Virus record (IMG/VR): IMGVR_UViG_3300017565_000001
Coordinates: 13,741-77,740 of that record
Direction: 5' to 3' (one strand)
DNA from: a virus
Taxonomy: Duplodnaviria; Heunggongvirae; Uroviricota; Caudoviricetes
DNA: 64,000 nucleotides
The translations under genes were made by a program, and so were the position numbers. The notes beneath the pieces are model-generated. The model was not told the origin of the DNA and searched no databases. It saw only the letters and a program-made list of their open reading frames with translations. Positions 27,920 through 36,011 of the stretch are shown in pieces; position 1 is the stretch's first letter, and every line of letters begins with the position of its first letter.

Positions 27920-28250
27920 TATTGCTGTAGGGGAAGAAATTCCCCAGACTGTGAAGCAAAGGCGTTCTGGACGCGGGTTCGACTCCCGCCAGCTCCACCA
28001 CCCACACATTGGTCGCGAAAGGGGAAGGTAAAACCTCCGTATCGCAAGGCGTAAGCCCTAGACCCGGTTTGGTGCCAGTGTGTGGATGATGGGGCTGACA
28101 TGGTTTCGACAGGGCGAGATAGTGGAAGATGACAGCACGGTAGGCGATGACCGTAAATCAAGCAAAAACCACAAACGCAAACGACAACGTTTACGCTGCC
28201 GCAGCCTAAGGGCTAAGGCGGGGCAGGAAATGCCTAGCAACAGAAACAAC
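27920..28250 (+). ncRNA. ssrA: circularly permuted (two-piece) tmRNA: acceptor piece ~27920-28000, IVS 28001-28090, coding piece 28091-~28250; tag (A)ANDNVYAAAA*
   Basis: T-arm and CCA end (GGACGCGGGTTCGACTCCCGCCAGCTCCACCA) lie upstream of the 5' end (GGGGCTGACATGGTTTCGAC at 28091); acceptor stem pairs with a G3:U wobble; tag ORF 28177-28209. Confidence 0.95.
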
Positions 28251-28251
28251 C

Positions 28252-28282
28252 AAACGGCCTCCTAGTGGGGCCGTTTTCTTTT
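28252..28282 (+). terminator. intrinsic terminator after tmRNA
   Basis: AAACGGCCTC-CTAGT-GGGGCCGTTT followed by a T-rich tract. Confidence 0.8.
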
Positions 28283-28343
28283 GGCTGTTGACTTTGTATT
28301 CATTTGGTATCATAATACGCTCATCAAAAACACGGAGGTCAAC

Positions 28344-28781
28344 ATGGGATTCAATGTTTGCGGGGTCTGCGGAGCTTGTGATGGACGTGCGGGGATGTTG
28401 ATTCAAGAGGGCGATCGCCCCGCTTGCTGCCAGAACTGCAACGATTCGTTCAAACAAGGAGCATTCGTGATCCATGCTCATTTACGACGAACCCAAGAGG
28501 AACTTGAACGTCAGGGCAAGGCTCTCGATGCCCATCTGCTTCAGAACGATGCGGAGAACCTGATGAAAGAACTGAAGGGTGACAAGAAGGACGTTCAAGG
28601 GAAATACTTGGACCTTCATCAAAAGGTTCTGTGTGCTGACCAGTTTCAGACCACTTCCGGCATTCAAAAACTCGTGTTCGCAAAAGTCGTGGCGTTCACT
28701 GATACGCATGTTCGTATTCGCATTGAAGGCCATAAGAACACCGTGCTGCGGTTACCTGAGCAACTTTGCGTGATTATGTAA
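28344..28781 (+). CDS. Zn-ribbon-containing hypothetical protein
   Basis: TTGACT-17-CATAAT promoter at 28288, GGAGG SD; CGVCGAC...CCQNC. Confidence 0.7.
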   Translation: MGFNVCGVCGACDGRAGMLIQEGDRPACCQNCNDSFKQGAFVIHAHLRRTQEELERQGKALDAHLLQNDAENLMKELKGDKKDVQGKYLDLHQKVLCADQFQTTSGIQKLVFAKVVAFTDTHVRIRIEGHKNTVLRLPEQLCVIM

Positions 28782-28888
28782 GCGCTCTGTTTACGTTCAT
28801 GTCTTGTCGCTGTAGCATAGTCTGTACTTTAAGTTCATATGGTAGTTTCATTTGACCTTAGAGTATGGTCCTAACTTGGAGGTGAAGA

Positions 28889-29233
28889 ATGACGAAGGCG
28901 AATTGGCAAGTCCGAGAGGACGAGCAGAACCTGAGCAAGTTCGAAACCGATGCTCAGGTCGACACGAATGGAATCGTTCGTTGGAAATCCAACGGTCGCA
29001 TCCCATTCAGTGACATGTTGGTCCTGTGGCACCAGAGTGGCAAGAAGTTCAATCTGGAACTCAGCATCCTGGTGCGAAAAGCGGAGGATGCTCAAATCAT
29101 CAACCGGTTCCGAGCAAAGCAAGCCGCTCGTACTCCGGAACAAATCCGAGAAGAACGCGCTCAAGCAAGAGCCGCGTTTGGTCCCGGTACAACTGTTGTG
29201 AATGCGCTTACTGGTGAACGCTACACGACATGA
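28889..29233 (+). CDS. hypothetical phage protein
   Basis: GGAGG SD; VRWKSNGRIP; C-terminal EERAQARAAFGPGTTVVNALTGE. Confidence 0.8.
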   Translation: MTKANWQVREDEQNLSKFETDAQVDTNGIVRWKSNGRIPFSDMLVLWHQSGKKFNLELSILVRKAEDAQIINRFRAKQAARTPEQIREERAQARAAFGPGTTVVNALTGERYTT

Positions 29234-30014
29234 TTTTCAATTGGCCACATACGACGGTGTGAAATATCTCGCCGTCGTATCGTGGTTGGTTGAACACAAA
29301 ATAGACTACACGATCGAGCATCGTGGCTGGTCGATACCTGACGGTGTCCTAATCACCATAATGGATACCCAACAGGCACTTCATTTCAAACTCGCAAACT
29401 CAGACAGGGTGATCCATTTGGATTATCCTCAGGAGCAAGGCATGAAAAAGCGTTCTGAAGAAAATATTCGAGCACGAGTAGTCGATGCGATTCATCATCT
29501 ACTTGATGAACATCCTGGGGCCGTCTTTACGGCATTAAAGAAGCATGACATCCTGAGTATCCCTGAAGGAGATGGCATGGAGATCGTGTTTCACTACAGG
29601 CAAGACAGTCTTTTGCCTTCATGCGAAACCAGATATCGCGCTCGTGGTGAGTGGTTCTCATTGAATCGCTTGGGTGTATCGGACAGTTTTTACCTGGACG
29701 AAGTTGATGACATCCGTCAAGCGATTGTGGATCAACGGTTGGTGGTTATGGGCCATCAAGAACATATGCGCAACACGCAACCCTTCAATCTGGGGCCTAT
29801 CACGTTATTTCTGACTGAGCAACGTAAACAAGCCATTATTGATGACTTGAAAGCTGGCAAAACTTTCACTTACCATCCGAATGGATTCGGCACTGGGTAC
29901 AACTTCAGCAGGAGCCCCAAAGTCAGAGCCAAGTGGGATCTTGCGCAACCGTCATCGACACTTGTTGAACTTGTCGGACACCCCGTCTTTGTTGGTGAAT
30001 TTGATGCTGATTGA
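29202..30014 (+). CDS. composite ORF: N-terminal FKL-motif domain in frame with a second protein (internal ATG 29441)
   Basis: VVSWLVEH ... DTQQALHFKL, then AGGAG-N6-ATG MKKRSEE; true start unclear. Confidence 0.55.
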   Translation: MRLLVNATRHDFQLATYDGVKYLAVVSWLVEHKIDYTIEHRGWSIPDGVLITIMDTQQALHFKLANSDRVIHLDYPQEQGMKKRSEENIRARVVDAIHHLLDEHPGAVFTALKKHDILSIPEGDGMEIVFHYRQDSLLPSCETRYRARGEWFSLNRLGVSDSFYLDEVDDIRQAIVDQRLVVMGHQEHMRNTQPFNLGPITLFLTEQRKQAIIDDLKAGKTFTYHPNGFGTGYNFSRSPKVRAKWDLAQPSSTLVELVGHPVFVGEFDAD

Positions 30015-30237
30015 CGGGCACCAGAGCCCCACCAAGCGTCTTGTTGCCCTTTAACGCAATATGTTTGCAACTTTGCATTAAGATGCTATAACACTCATTG
30101 GTACGTCCACGCATGTACGTACTGCGACACACTTAATGGTTACAAGGGGAACCCCTCCTTGTAACCATCTTTTTCATCTACTTGCAAAATCCGCCATATG
30201 AACTTATACTAGTTGGGTTAAAACAGTGAGGTGAACG

Positions 30238-30474
30238 ATGAGCACACAACCTATCATTTTCCTTAAGGTGCGTGGCGCCAGCAGGGAAGAACTTGTGACC
30301 TGGTTCAAGAAGAACGGTACCACTCGTTGGTCTGTTTCGTCTGACTTGGAGTCGAGAAATTCTCGCTTCGCCGCCCGTCCCCCACATTCATCTACTTTCA
30401 CTGTTACGGTTCGTGGGGAAGAATTGGCCATGTTGGTTAAACTTTCCTTTCAAGCTGAAATCATCCAACACTAG
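30238..30474 (+). CDS. small FKL-motif family protein
   Basis: TTGCAA-17-TATACT promoter; LVTWFKKNG ... EELAMLVKLSF; TAG stop. Confidence 0.7.
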   Translation: MSTQPIIFLKVRGASREELVTWFKKNGTTRWSVSSDLESRNSRFAARPPHSSTFTVTVRGEELAMLVKLSFQAEIIQH

Positions 30475-30482
30475 GAGAACAT

Positions 30483-30899
30483 ATGGCACTCGACAGCTAC
30501 ACCATTCGTTTCTTTGCATGGTGCAAAACGGACAAGAACGACAAAGTCTGGGGATACGTGGAATTCAACAATGGTCCCGAAATGACAGAAATGCAGAAGC
30601 GCAATCCGCGCTGGTATCCGCCAGAGCCGGGTTCCCTGTACAACTTCTGGGGTCGTCGTGGTAAAACATACAGCTTCAAACGCCATTATGGTGGCAGTGG
30701 TCTCTATGACCTTCGTCATCTGGCTGAAAAGAAGCTGTATCCGAGTGGTGACAAGCCGCCCTATGTGGAAGTCAGCATCTCGGAGATCGAAAAGATCTGC
30801 CCGGGTTTCGCCGAAGAATTCGAGAACCAATTGTTGATGGCAAAGTTTGGCAATCAGGTTCGCAATGACGACACTGACGGCGAAGCCTCGTTCATCTAA
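30483..30899 (+). CDS. WGR-domain-like protein
   Basis: DKVWG ... LYNFWGRRG ... EKK; AGGAG SD. Confidence 0.6.
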   Translation: MALDSYTIRFFAWCKTDKNDKVWGYVEFNNGPEMTEMQKRNPRWYPPEPGSLYNFWGRRGKTYSFKRHYGGSGLYDLRHLAEKKLYPSGDKPPYVEVSISEIEKICPGFAEEFENQLLMAKFGNQVRNDDTDGEASFI

Positions 30900-30917
30900 A
30901 GCGTCAAAAATATTTTG

Positions 30918-30966
30918 AAATGGCATGCCAAATTTGCTTGACAATTGGCATGCCATTTCCCATAAT
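30918..30966 (+). promoter_or_regulatory. sigma70 promoter TTGACA-17-CATAAT overlapped by two TGGCATGCCA palindromes
   Basis: AAATGGCATGCCAA-atttgc-TTGACA-ATTGGCATGCCATTT read directly. Confidence 0.75.
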
Positions 30967-31038
30967 GCGGTCTATGGCAACGTTGCCAAAACTCCGCGAT
31001 AACAAAAGTCGCAAAAACAAACCAAGGTAAAAGTACAA

Positions 31039-31593
31039 ATGAGCACCAACACCCAGAAGATGTTTGCATTCTTGGCCACGAATCCTCGTTCGACTGCTCG
31101 CAAAGCCGCAGCTGGTTTTCCCACCATGACGTTGGCTGCCGTACGCAGCACCATCAACACGCTGCTCGCATCGGGCCAGATCGTCGCTCGTGATGGTCGC
31201 GCCGGCAAGGAATACTCGACCGCAGCTACCAATTACGATGTCTCTGCTGTTCGCCAGTTCTACAACCTGAACAACGCCGCTCAACGTGCCCGCGCCAAGG
31301 CCCGCAAGGTTAAGGCAAAAGCCCGTGCTTCCGCTAAGGGCGCCGTCAAGTCGGTTGCAACTCCCCAACAACTGGCCAATCTGGCCAAGGCCCGCGCAGC
31401 TCGTGCCGCCAATATGGCTGCTCGCCAAACGATCTCGCGTACGGTTCGCACTGCTGGTGCCGTTGATGGTCTGGAACACGCTTTCCGCCTGCGTGAAGAT
31501 TTGACCATCACCCTGAACCTCCCCAAAGATCTGACCGCCGCTGAAGCGGCGCGCATCGGCCAGTACGTGGCTACGCTGCCCCTGAACGGCTGA
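31039..31593 (+). CDS. putative DNA-binding protein: winged helix, Ala/Lys/Arg-rich histone-H1-like linker, C-terminal LPKDLT domain
   Basis: TLAAVRSTINTLLASGQI wHTH pattern; KARKVKAKARASAKGAVK. Confidence 0.6.
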   Translation: MSTNTQKMFAFLATNPRSTARKAAAGFPTMTLAAVRSTINTLLASGQIVARDGRAGKEYSTAATNYDVSAVRQFYNLNNAAQRARAKARKVKAKARASAKGAVKSVATPQQLANLAKARAARAANMAARQTISRTVRTAGAVDGLEHAFRLREDLTITLNLPKDLTAAEAARIGQYVATLPLNG

Positions 31594-31640
31594 TCCAATG
31601 GGGCGGCTTGCCGCCCCATTAAACCCCCAAGGAAAGAAAT

Positions 31641-31829
31641 ATGTCGACGCTTGAAGTTCTGATCGAACTGGAAGAAAAGAACCTGTCTTACGCCCAACGA
31701 AGCTTGGCTGCTGTTGAACGTGAAGGTCAGCATGGTGCCACTGCTCATTACAAAAACCAAATCGCCGGCTACGAAACCAAGCTGGCATACATGAAGGCCG
31801 TTCTGGCCAGTGTTCCCCAAGCAGAATGA
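31641..31829 (+). CDS. small helical protein
   Basis: AAGGA SD; open frame. Confidence 0.7.
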   Translation: MSTLEVLIELEEKNLSYAQRSLAAVEREGQHGATAHYKNQIAGYETKLAYMKAVLASVPQAE

Positions 31830-32065
31830 GTGGATTCGGCAATCCCGACGAGGAAGCCGAAAACGCGATGGCTATCGTAGACAATGCGATAGCCATCGCT
31901 CGTATGATGAAACATACGGGTGAATCGTCGAAGGTGTGTTTGGATTGTGGTGATCCCATTCCAGAAGCACGACGCATCGCAGCTCGAGGTTGCAAGTTCT
32001 GTATTGATTGCCAACCAGCCCATGATCGTATGCCCAATGTCAGAGTAGTGACTAAAATGCTTTGA
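31826..32065 (+). CDS. traR: TraR/DksA C4-type zinc finger protein
   Basis: D.A......D acidic tip; CLDCGDPIPEARR...GCKFCIDCQ. Confidence 0.88.
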   Translation: MSGFGNPDEEAENAMAIVDNAIAIARMMKHTGESSKVCLDCGDPIPEARRIAARGCKFCIDCQPAHDRMPNVRVVTKML

Positions 32066-32114
32066 CCCCGTATTCATTTGGTGTTAAACTGGCGAAAACA
32101 TTCTGGGAGCTACC

Positions 32115-32783
32115 ATGGAAGATATCATTCGTTTTGCCGTATCTTTGGGTTATTCGATAACGGTCGGTCCCAACAACAAACCAGATAAGAGTGGTCAATA
32201 CTATTTGGGTAAGGTGATCACGTTGATCAAGGATGCTGACGTGATGTTCTTCAGCGTCCCGGCGTACGGTGACATGCGGGTAGTGATGATGAATACCTTC
32301 ATGAAAGAACGCATCGATCATCCATTGTATCAAGCCATCCTTGAAAATCGTGGTTCTAAGACCACGGTAAATCTCAACCAGGAAATGATCGAAAATGTAA
32401 GTGAGCTCACCCATACAGCCTTGCGCAAGGTGGGTGATTCTGGTGACATAGCTATGTTGTATAGCGCGATTCAATCGTTACCAAACCCAGTTTGGACATA
32501 CATCGTGAATGCAACCAAGGCCGCACTCACAAACGTATGGCAGTCACCCAGGCCCTACACTCGTTACCAGTTGGGGATGATCCTCAAGCAACGTTGGACA
32601 AACGCGATTGAAGCATTCGAACAAGAAGAGTTCAATCGCACCGCTCAACGCTATACCTTCTTGGATTTTGGCAAGGAAGATGAGCAGAAACTCGCAATGT
32701 TGGTCTTCAACAAAAGCTGCGAGAATCTGAGCGATGAGGAATGGACGTTCTGTATTGGTGCATACCTGCACGAGTATGAATAA
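32115..32783 (+). CDS. hypothetical protein
   Basis: TTGACC-17-TAAACT promoter; GGGAG SD. Confidence 0.75.
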   Translation: MEDIIRFAVSLGYSITVGPNNKPDKSGQYYLGKVITLIKDADVMFFSVPAYGDMRVVMMNTFMKERIDHPLYQAILENRGSKTTVNLNQEMIENVSELTHTALRKVGDSGDIAMLYSAIQSLPNPVWTYIVNATKAALTNVWQSPRPYTRYQLGMILKQRWTNAIEAFEQEEFNRTAQRYTFLDFGKEDEQKLAMLVFNKSCENLSDEEWTFCIGAYLHEYE

Positions 32784-32857
32784 TAGTTCATTTGGTGCTT
32801 GACTTGATGTTGAACCATGTTTATCATTTGATACATGGTAAACAACAGCAAGGAGAA

Positions 32858-33271
32858 ATGAACATGGCAAAGCAAACCGCAGCTCAACGTCGCGAAGCCG
32901 AAGAACTGGCCCGTCAAGAACGTATCGCGGCAGCCGAAAAGTTCAAGCGCGAAGAAGCGCCCATGCTTCTTCTGACCACGATGGCTCGAGCCAATGAACT
33001 CGGAGTGGATTACAACTTCCGCGGTCCGGCGACGAACATGAAGCTCACGCTGAAATTCAGCCGATACGACGAGCGGGAGGAAAATTGGATCGACGAAGAA
33101 GAACTGACGCTCGACAGCGAAAAGTGGACTTTCGAACGGGTTGACGGTTTGTTCGACGAGATCGTGCGCGACCGCGAAGAGAAGGCACGCAAGCTGGAAC
33201 TGGCCCGTCAGACTTACGACAAGCTGAGCCCCGAAGAGCGTGAAGCGCTGGGTCTGAAGTACCGCCCGTAA
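32858..33271 (+). CDS. hypothetical early protein
   Basis: TTGACT-17-TATCAT promoter, AGGAG SD; C-terminal KLSPEEREALGL. Confidence 0.8.
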   Translation: MNMAKQTAAQRREAEELARQERIAAAEKFKREEAPMLLLTTMARANELGVDYNFRGPATNMKLTLKFSRYDEREENWIDEEELTLDSEKWTFERVDGLFDEIVRDREEKARKLELARQTYDKLSPEEREALGLKYRP

Positions 33272-33311
33272 GTAGCAACAACGTGATGGCCCCACTAAGT
33301 GGGGCCATCAT

Positions 33312-33923
33312 TTATTCCGCTGTCAATGTGTTGTCGTATTGTTCAACAAAGTTGAAATTGTCACCACCTTGAGATAGACGACCCATGACGCATTCGTCAA
33401 CAATTCGTTGTTCCATGTTGGGGAAGTCAGCCAGAAACAGAGTAATACCATAACTGTACTTTGCGACTTTGCCATTGAAGCCCCCACCGCCACTGCCGGT
33501 ATTGAATGCGGTGTTATTCACGGCATCCCGAAATCCGGCCCGTTTTGGATCGCAATCTAGTACCGCCCTGATGTCACCAATGAAGCCAGGATAGTGTTTG
33601 GGGATCCCTGCTTGTTGTCCAAAATTCTGTGGGAATCCCTTGGGTGACGAATGAGTATTTGAGCATCGTGGTGAATACCACATGCGATATGACAAAGAGA
33701 TCAGATTAGGAATGGTGTCTTGTAAAACTTTGGGCTTAAACACATCCCCGTAAACCCCTGCCCAGCCAATAATATTCCATTGCTTAAAGAATTCCTGCAT
33801 GATGTCAGGCAGGTTATTGTGGGCTTGAATCTTCGCCCAAGCGTCAGTGATAGCCAGACGCAAATCTTTTGGCATTTCGTGGTGATAAAAATCGGGCTCT
33901 TGCCTAACAGGTTTGCGTTTCAA
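33312..33923 (-). CDS. hypothetical protein
   Basis: GGAG SD with TTG start; converges on the hairpin at 33285-33311. Confidence 0.65.
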   Translation of the reverse strand: MKRKPVRQEPDFYHHEMPKDLRLAITDAWAKIQAHNNLPDIMQEFFKQWNIIGWAGVYGDVFKPKVLQDTIPNLISLSYRMWYSPRCSNTHSSPKGFPQNFGQQAGIPKHYPGFIGDIRAVLDCDPKRAGFRDAVNNTAFNTGSGGGGFNGKVAKYSYGITLFLADFPNMEQRIVDECVMGRLSQGGDNFNFVEQYDNTLTAE

Positions 33924-34105
33924 CTCAATGACTCCATTATTCGATAGCCATATGATACAGCGAATTGCCTATTCAGCACAACACCAATATTGCAAGGAAG
34001 CCAGAAACCCGTATACTAAATAGAAACGTGGCAATGATGCCATGTCAAACAGCAAGCAGAAGTCGTCGCAAGAAGGTGACGCAGAAGACTTGCAAGGAAA
34101 TCATT

Positions 34106-34768
34106 ATGTCTCAAGCATACGAGATCGTTCAATCTCAAACTCCCACCACCTCAACCCTCATCGAGTTTCTCCTGGATGAAACCGGTTCAATGGGCCATGT
34201 CCGTAAAGCCACCATTGACAGTTTCAATGAATATGTAAACGGTCAACGTTCGCAACCTGGTGAATGTTTCTTGACTCTGACTAAGTTCGATGATCGCGGT
34301 ATTCGCACTCAATATCTGGATGCGGCTATTTCGACAGTTCAAGACCTCAACGAGGCCACCTACAATCCCACTGGTATGACCAACCTGTACGATGCCATCG
34401 GCACACGTATCAAGGCCCTGGAAGCTCGCACCAATAAGGATGATGGCAAAGCAAAGCTGATCGTCATCATGACGGACGGCCAGGACAATGTGAGTCGTGA
34501 ATACTCGCCCAGCATGTTGTCGCAACTGATCAAGGCTAAGGAAGCAGAGGGTTGGACCTTCGTGTTCCTGGGTGCTAACCAGGATGCATGGCAAGTGGGT
34601 CAAACATTCGGTATGTCTAAGGGTAATACCATGACGTACGACACGAACAACATGCACGACACTATGGCTACTCTGAGTGCTGCAACTTCTTCCTACCGCT
34701 CGGTTCGCTCGAAGGGTATTGTTGGTTCCACGGAAGCGGCGACCGACTTCTTCGGCAACGTCAAGTAA
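34106..34768 (+). CDS. von Willebrand factor A (vWA) domain protein
   Basis: MIDAS LDETGSM, TNLYDAIG, IMTDGQDN, FLGANQDA. Confidence 0.88.
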   Translation: MSQAYEIVQSQTPTTSTLIEFLLDETGSMGHVRKATIDSFNEYVNGQRSQPGECFLTLTKFDDRGIRTQYLDAAISTVQDLNEATYNPTGMTNLYDAIGTRIKALEARTNKDDGKAKLIVIMTDGQDNVSREYSPSMLSQLIKAKEAEGWTFVFLGANQDAWQVGQTFGMSKGNTMTYDTNNMHDTMATLSAATSSYRSVRSKGIVGSTEAATDFFGNVK

Positions 34769-34779
34769 GGAGATCGATC

Positions 34780-35583
34780 ATGCAAGGTACGAAAGCTTCG
34801 GTGTCAATCACCGTGAATGGGCGCACTACGGCTACCGAATATAAGAGCGGCGATAATACCTTCATTGAAGGTCGAGCTGGTTCTGAATTCGAAATCGAGG
34901 TTAGAAATCATACGCCTAACCGCGTTATGGCAATCATAAGCGTTGATGGTTTAAGCGTCATCAATGGTAACGCAGCAAGCCCTGATAGCCCTGGTTATGT
35001 GATCGCTGGTTTTGGTTCAATCAAGATTCCTGGGTGGAAACTAAACGGACAAAGTGCCGCAAAGTTCACATTCTCGGGCAAGCGTGACAGCTATTCACAA
35101 TTGTCAAGTGGTACCAGTCACAATTGTGGAGTCATCGGTGTGATGGTGTGGTCGGAGAAACCAGCGGTGATCCCGCAGTTCAGCCTCAATGACACTTTAC
35201 CGTCACCTTGGGGTGGTGCAATCCCTAAGGGTCCCATTATGCGTAATGGTGCATCAAATACGTTCAATGACGTAACACTCAACGGCTACACGTCGTCTGT
35301 TAATTCTGCTCAACTCAGTACAGACAACGGTTTGACTCGAGCTGTAGCTCAAGCAGCCACATTGAACAATTTGGGCACTGGGTTTGGTAAGCCCACTGAC
35401 TTTCAAACTGTGTCAACCATGTTTGAAAAGAATCAGGTGCTGGAAACGCTCGTCATGTATTATGACGATGCAAGGGGTCTCAAGGCTCGTGGGATTGAAG
35501 TAACTCGAGAGCGTTCTCGCTCTTTGGAAACCCCAGATCCCTTCCCAGGCATGTCATGCACGCCACCTAAAAATTGGCGATAA
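34780..35583 (+). CDS. conserved hypothetical protein, partner of vWA
   Basis: AGGAG SD; SVDGLSVING...GYV...IPGW...GVIG...GTGFG. Confidence 0.75.
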   Translation: MQGTKASVSITVNGRTTATEYKSGDNTFIEGRAGSEFEIEVRNHTPNRVMAIISVDGLSVINGNAASPDSPGYVIAGFGSIKIPGWKLNGQSAAKFTFSGKRDSYSQLSSGTSHNCGVIGVMVWSEKPAVIPQFSLNDTLPSPWGGAIPKGPIMRNGASNTFNDVTLNGYTSSVNSAQLSTDNGLTRAVAQAATLNNLGTGFGKPTDFQTVSTMFEKNQVLETLVMYYDDARGLKARGIEVTRERSRSLETPDPFPGMSCTPPKNWR

Positions 35584-35649
35584 CAGGATAAGCTTGTAAG
35601 ATATGGTCGATGATGTTACTATCATCGACCATATCCATAGTGAAGCGAA

Positions 35650-35931
35650 ATGACACTTAACCCGTTCAAAATCATCAAATCCATCTTGAGGGGTATTTTT
35701 AGCCACTCCCACAAGGGGATTATGCGGTTTAGCGGTGGTATGATAGTCGTCGCCATATTCTTCTGTGCCATATTCGCCCTTCAGGGAAGTTGGTTCAACA
35801 TGTCATTATGGATCGTGAACCTAGCAATCTATGGGCGGCTCTTTAAAGTTACGCGCAGACGCCACAAAGTAGCCTTGGAGAATTATTATGCTATGGAAGA
35901 TATGATTTGGGAAATCATAGAAAAGAAATAG
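35650..35931 (+). CDS. membrane protein
   Basis: Two hydrophobic segments; TAG stop. Confidence 0.6.
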   Translation: MTLNPFKIIKSILRGIFSHSHKGIMRFSGGMIVVAIFFCAIFALQGSWFNMSLWIVNLAIYGRLFKVTRRRHKVALENYYAMEDMIWEIIEKK

Positions 35932-36011
35932 TTCTTGCACAATCATTTCGTCCGTGCTTAAATACATGTGTGGCGAAATTATTCCCACACCCAACTTTAC
36001 AGGAGTTCCAA

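Noticed and set aside
27904-28265. ORFs 27904-28161 (-), 28058-28249 (-) and 28080-28265 (+)
   Set aside because: They overlap the tmRNA; GGAGGSRTRVQ is the usual antisense translation of the tmRNA T-arm.
30918-30958. sigma54 promoter from the TGGCA motif
   Set aside because: The GG-N10-GC spacing is not met; the site overlaps a consensus sigma70 promoter instead.
30904-32037. 377-aa minus-strand ORF, and similar long antisense ORFs at 16538-17239, 43565-44848 and 32651-33295
   Set aside because: Shadows of codon-biased plus-strand genes with clear motifs, SD sites and promoters.
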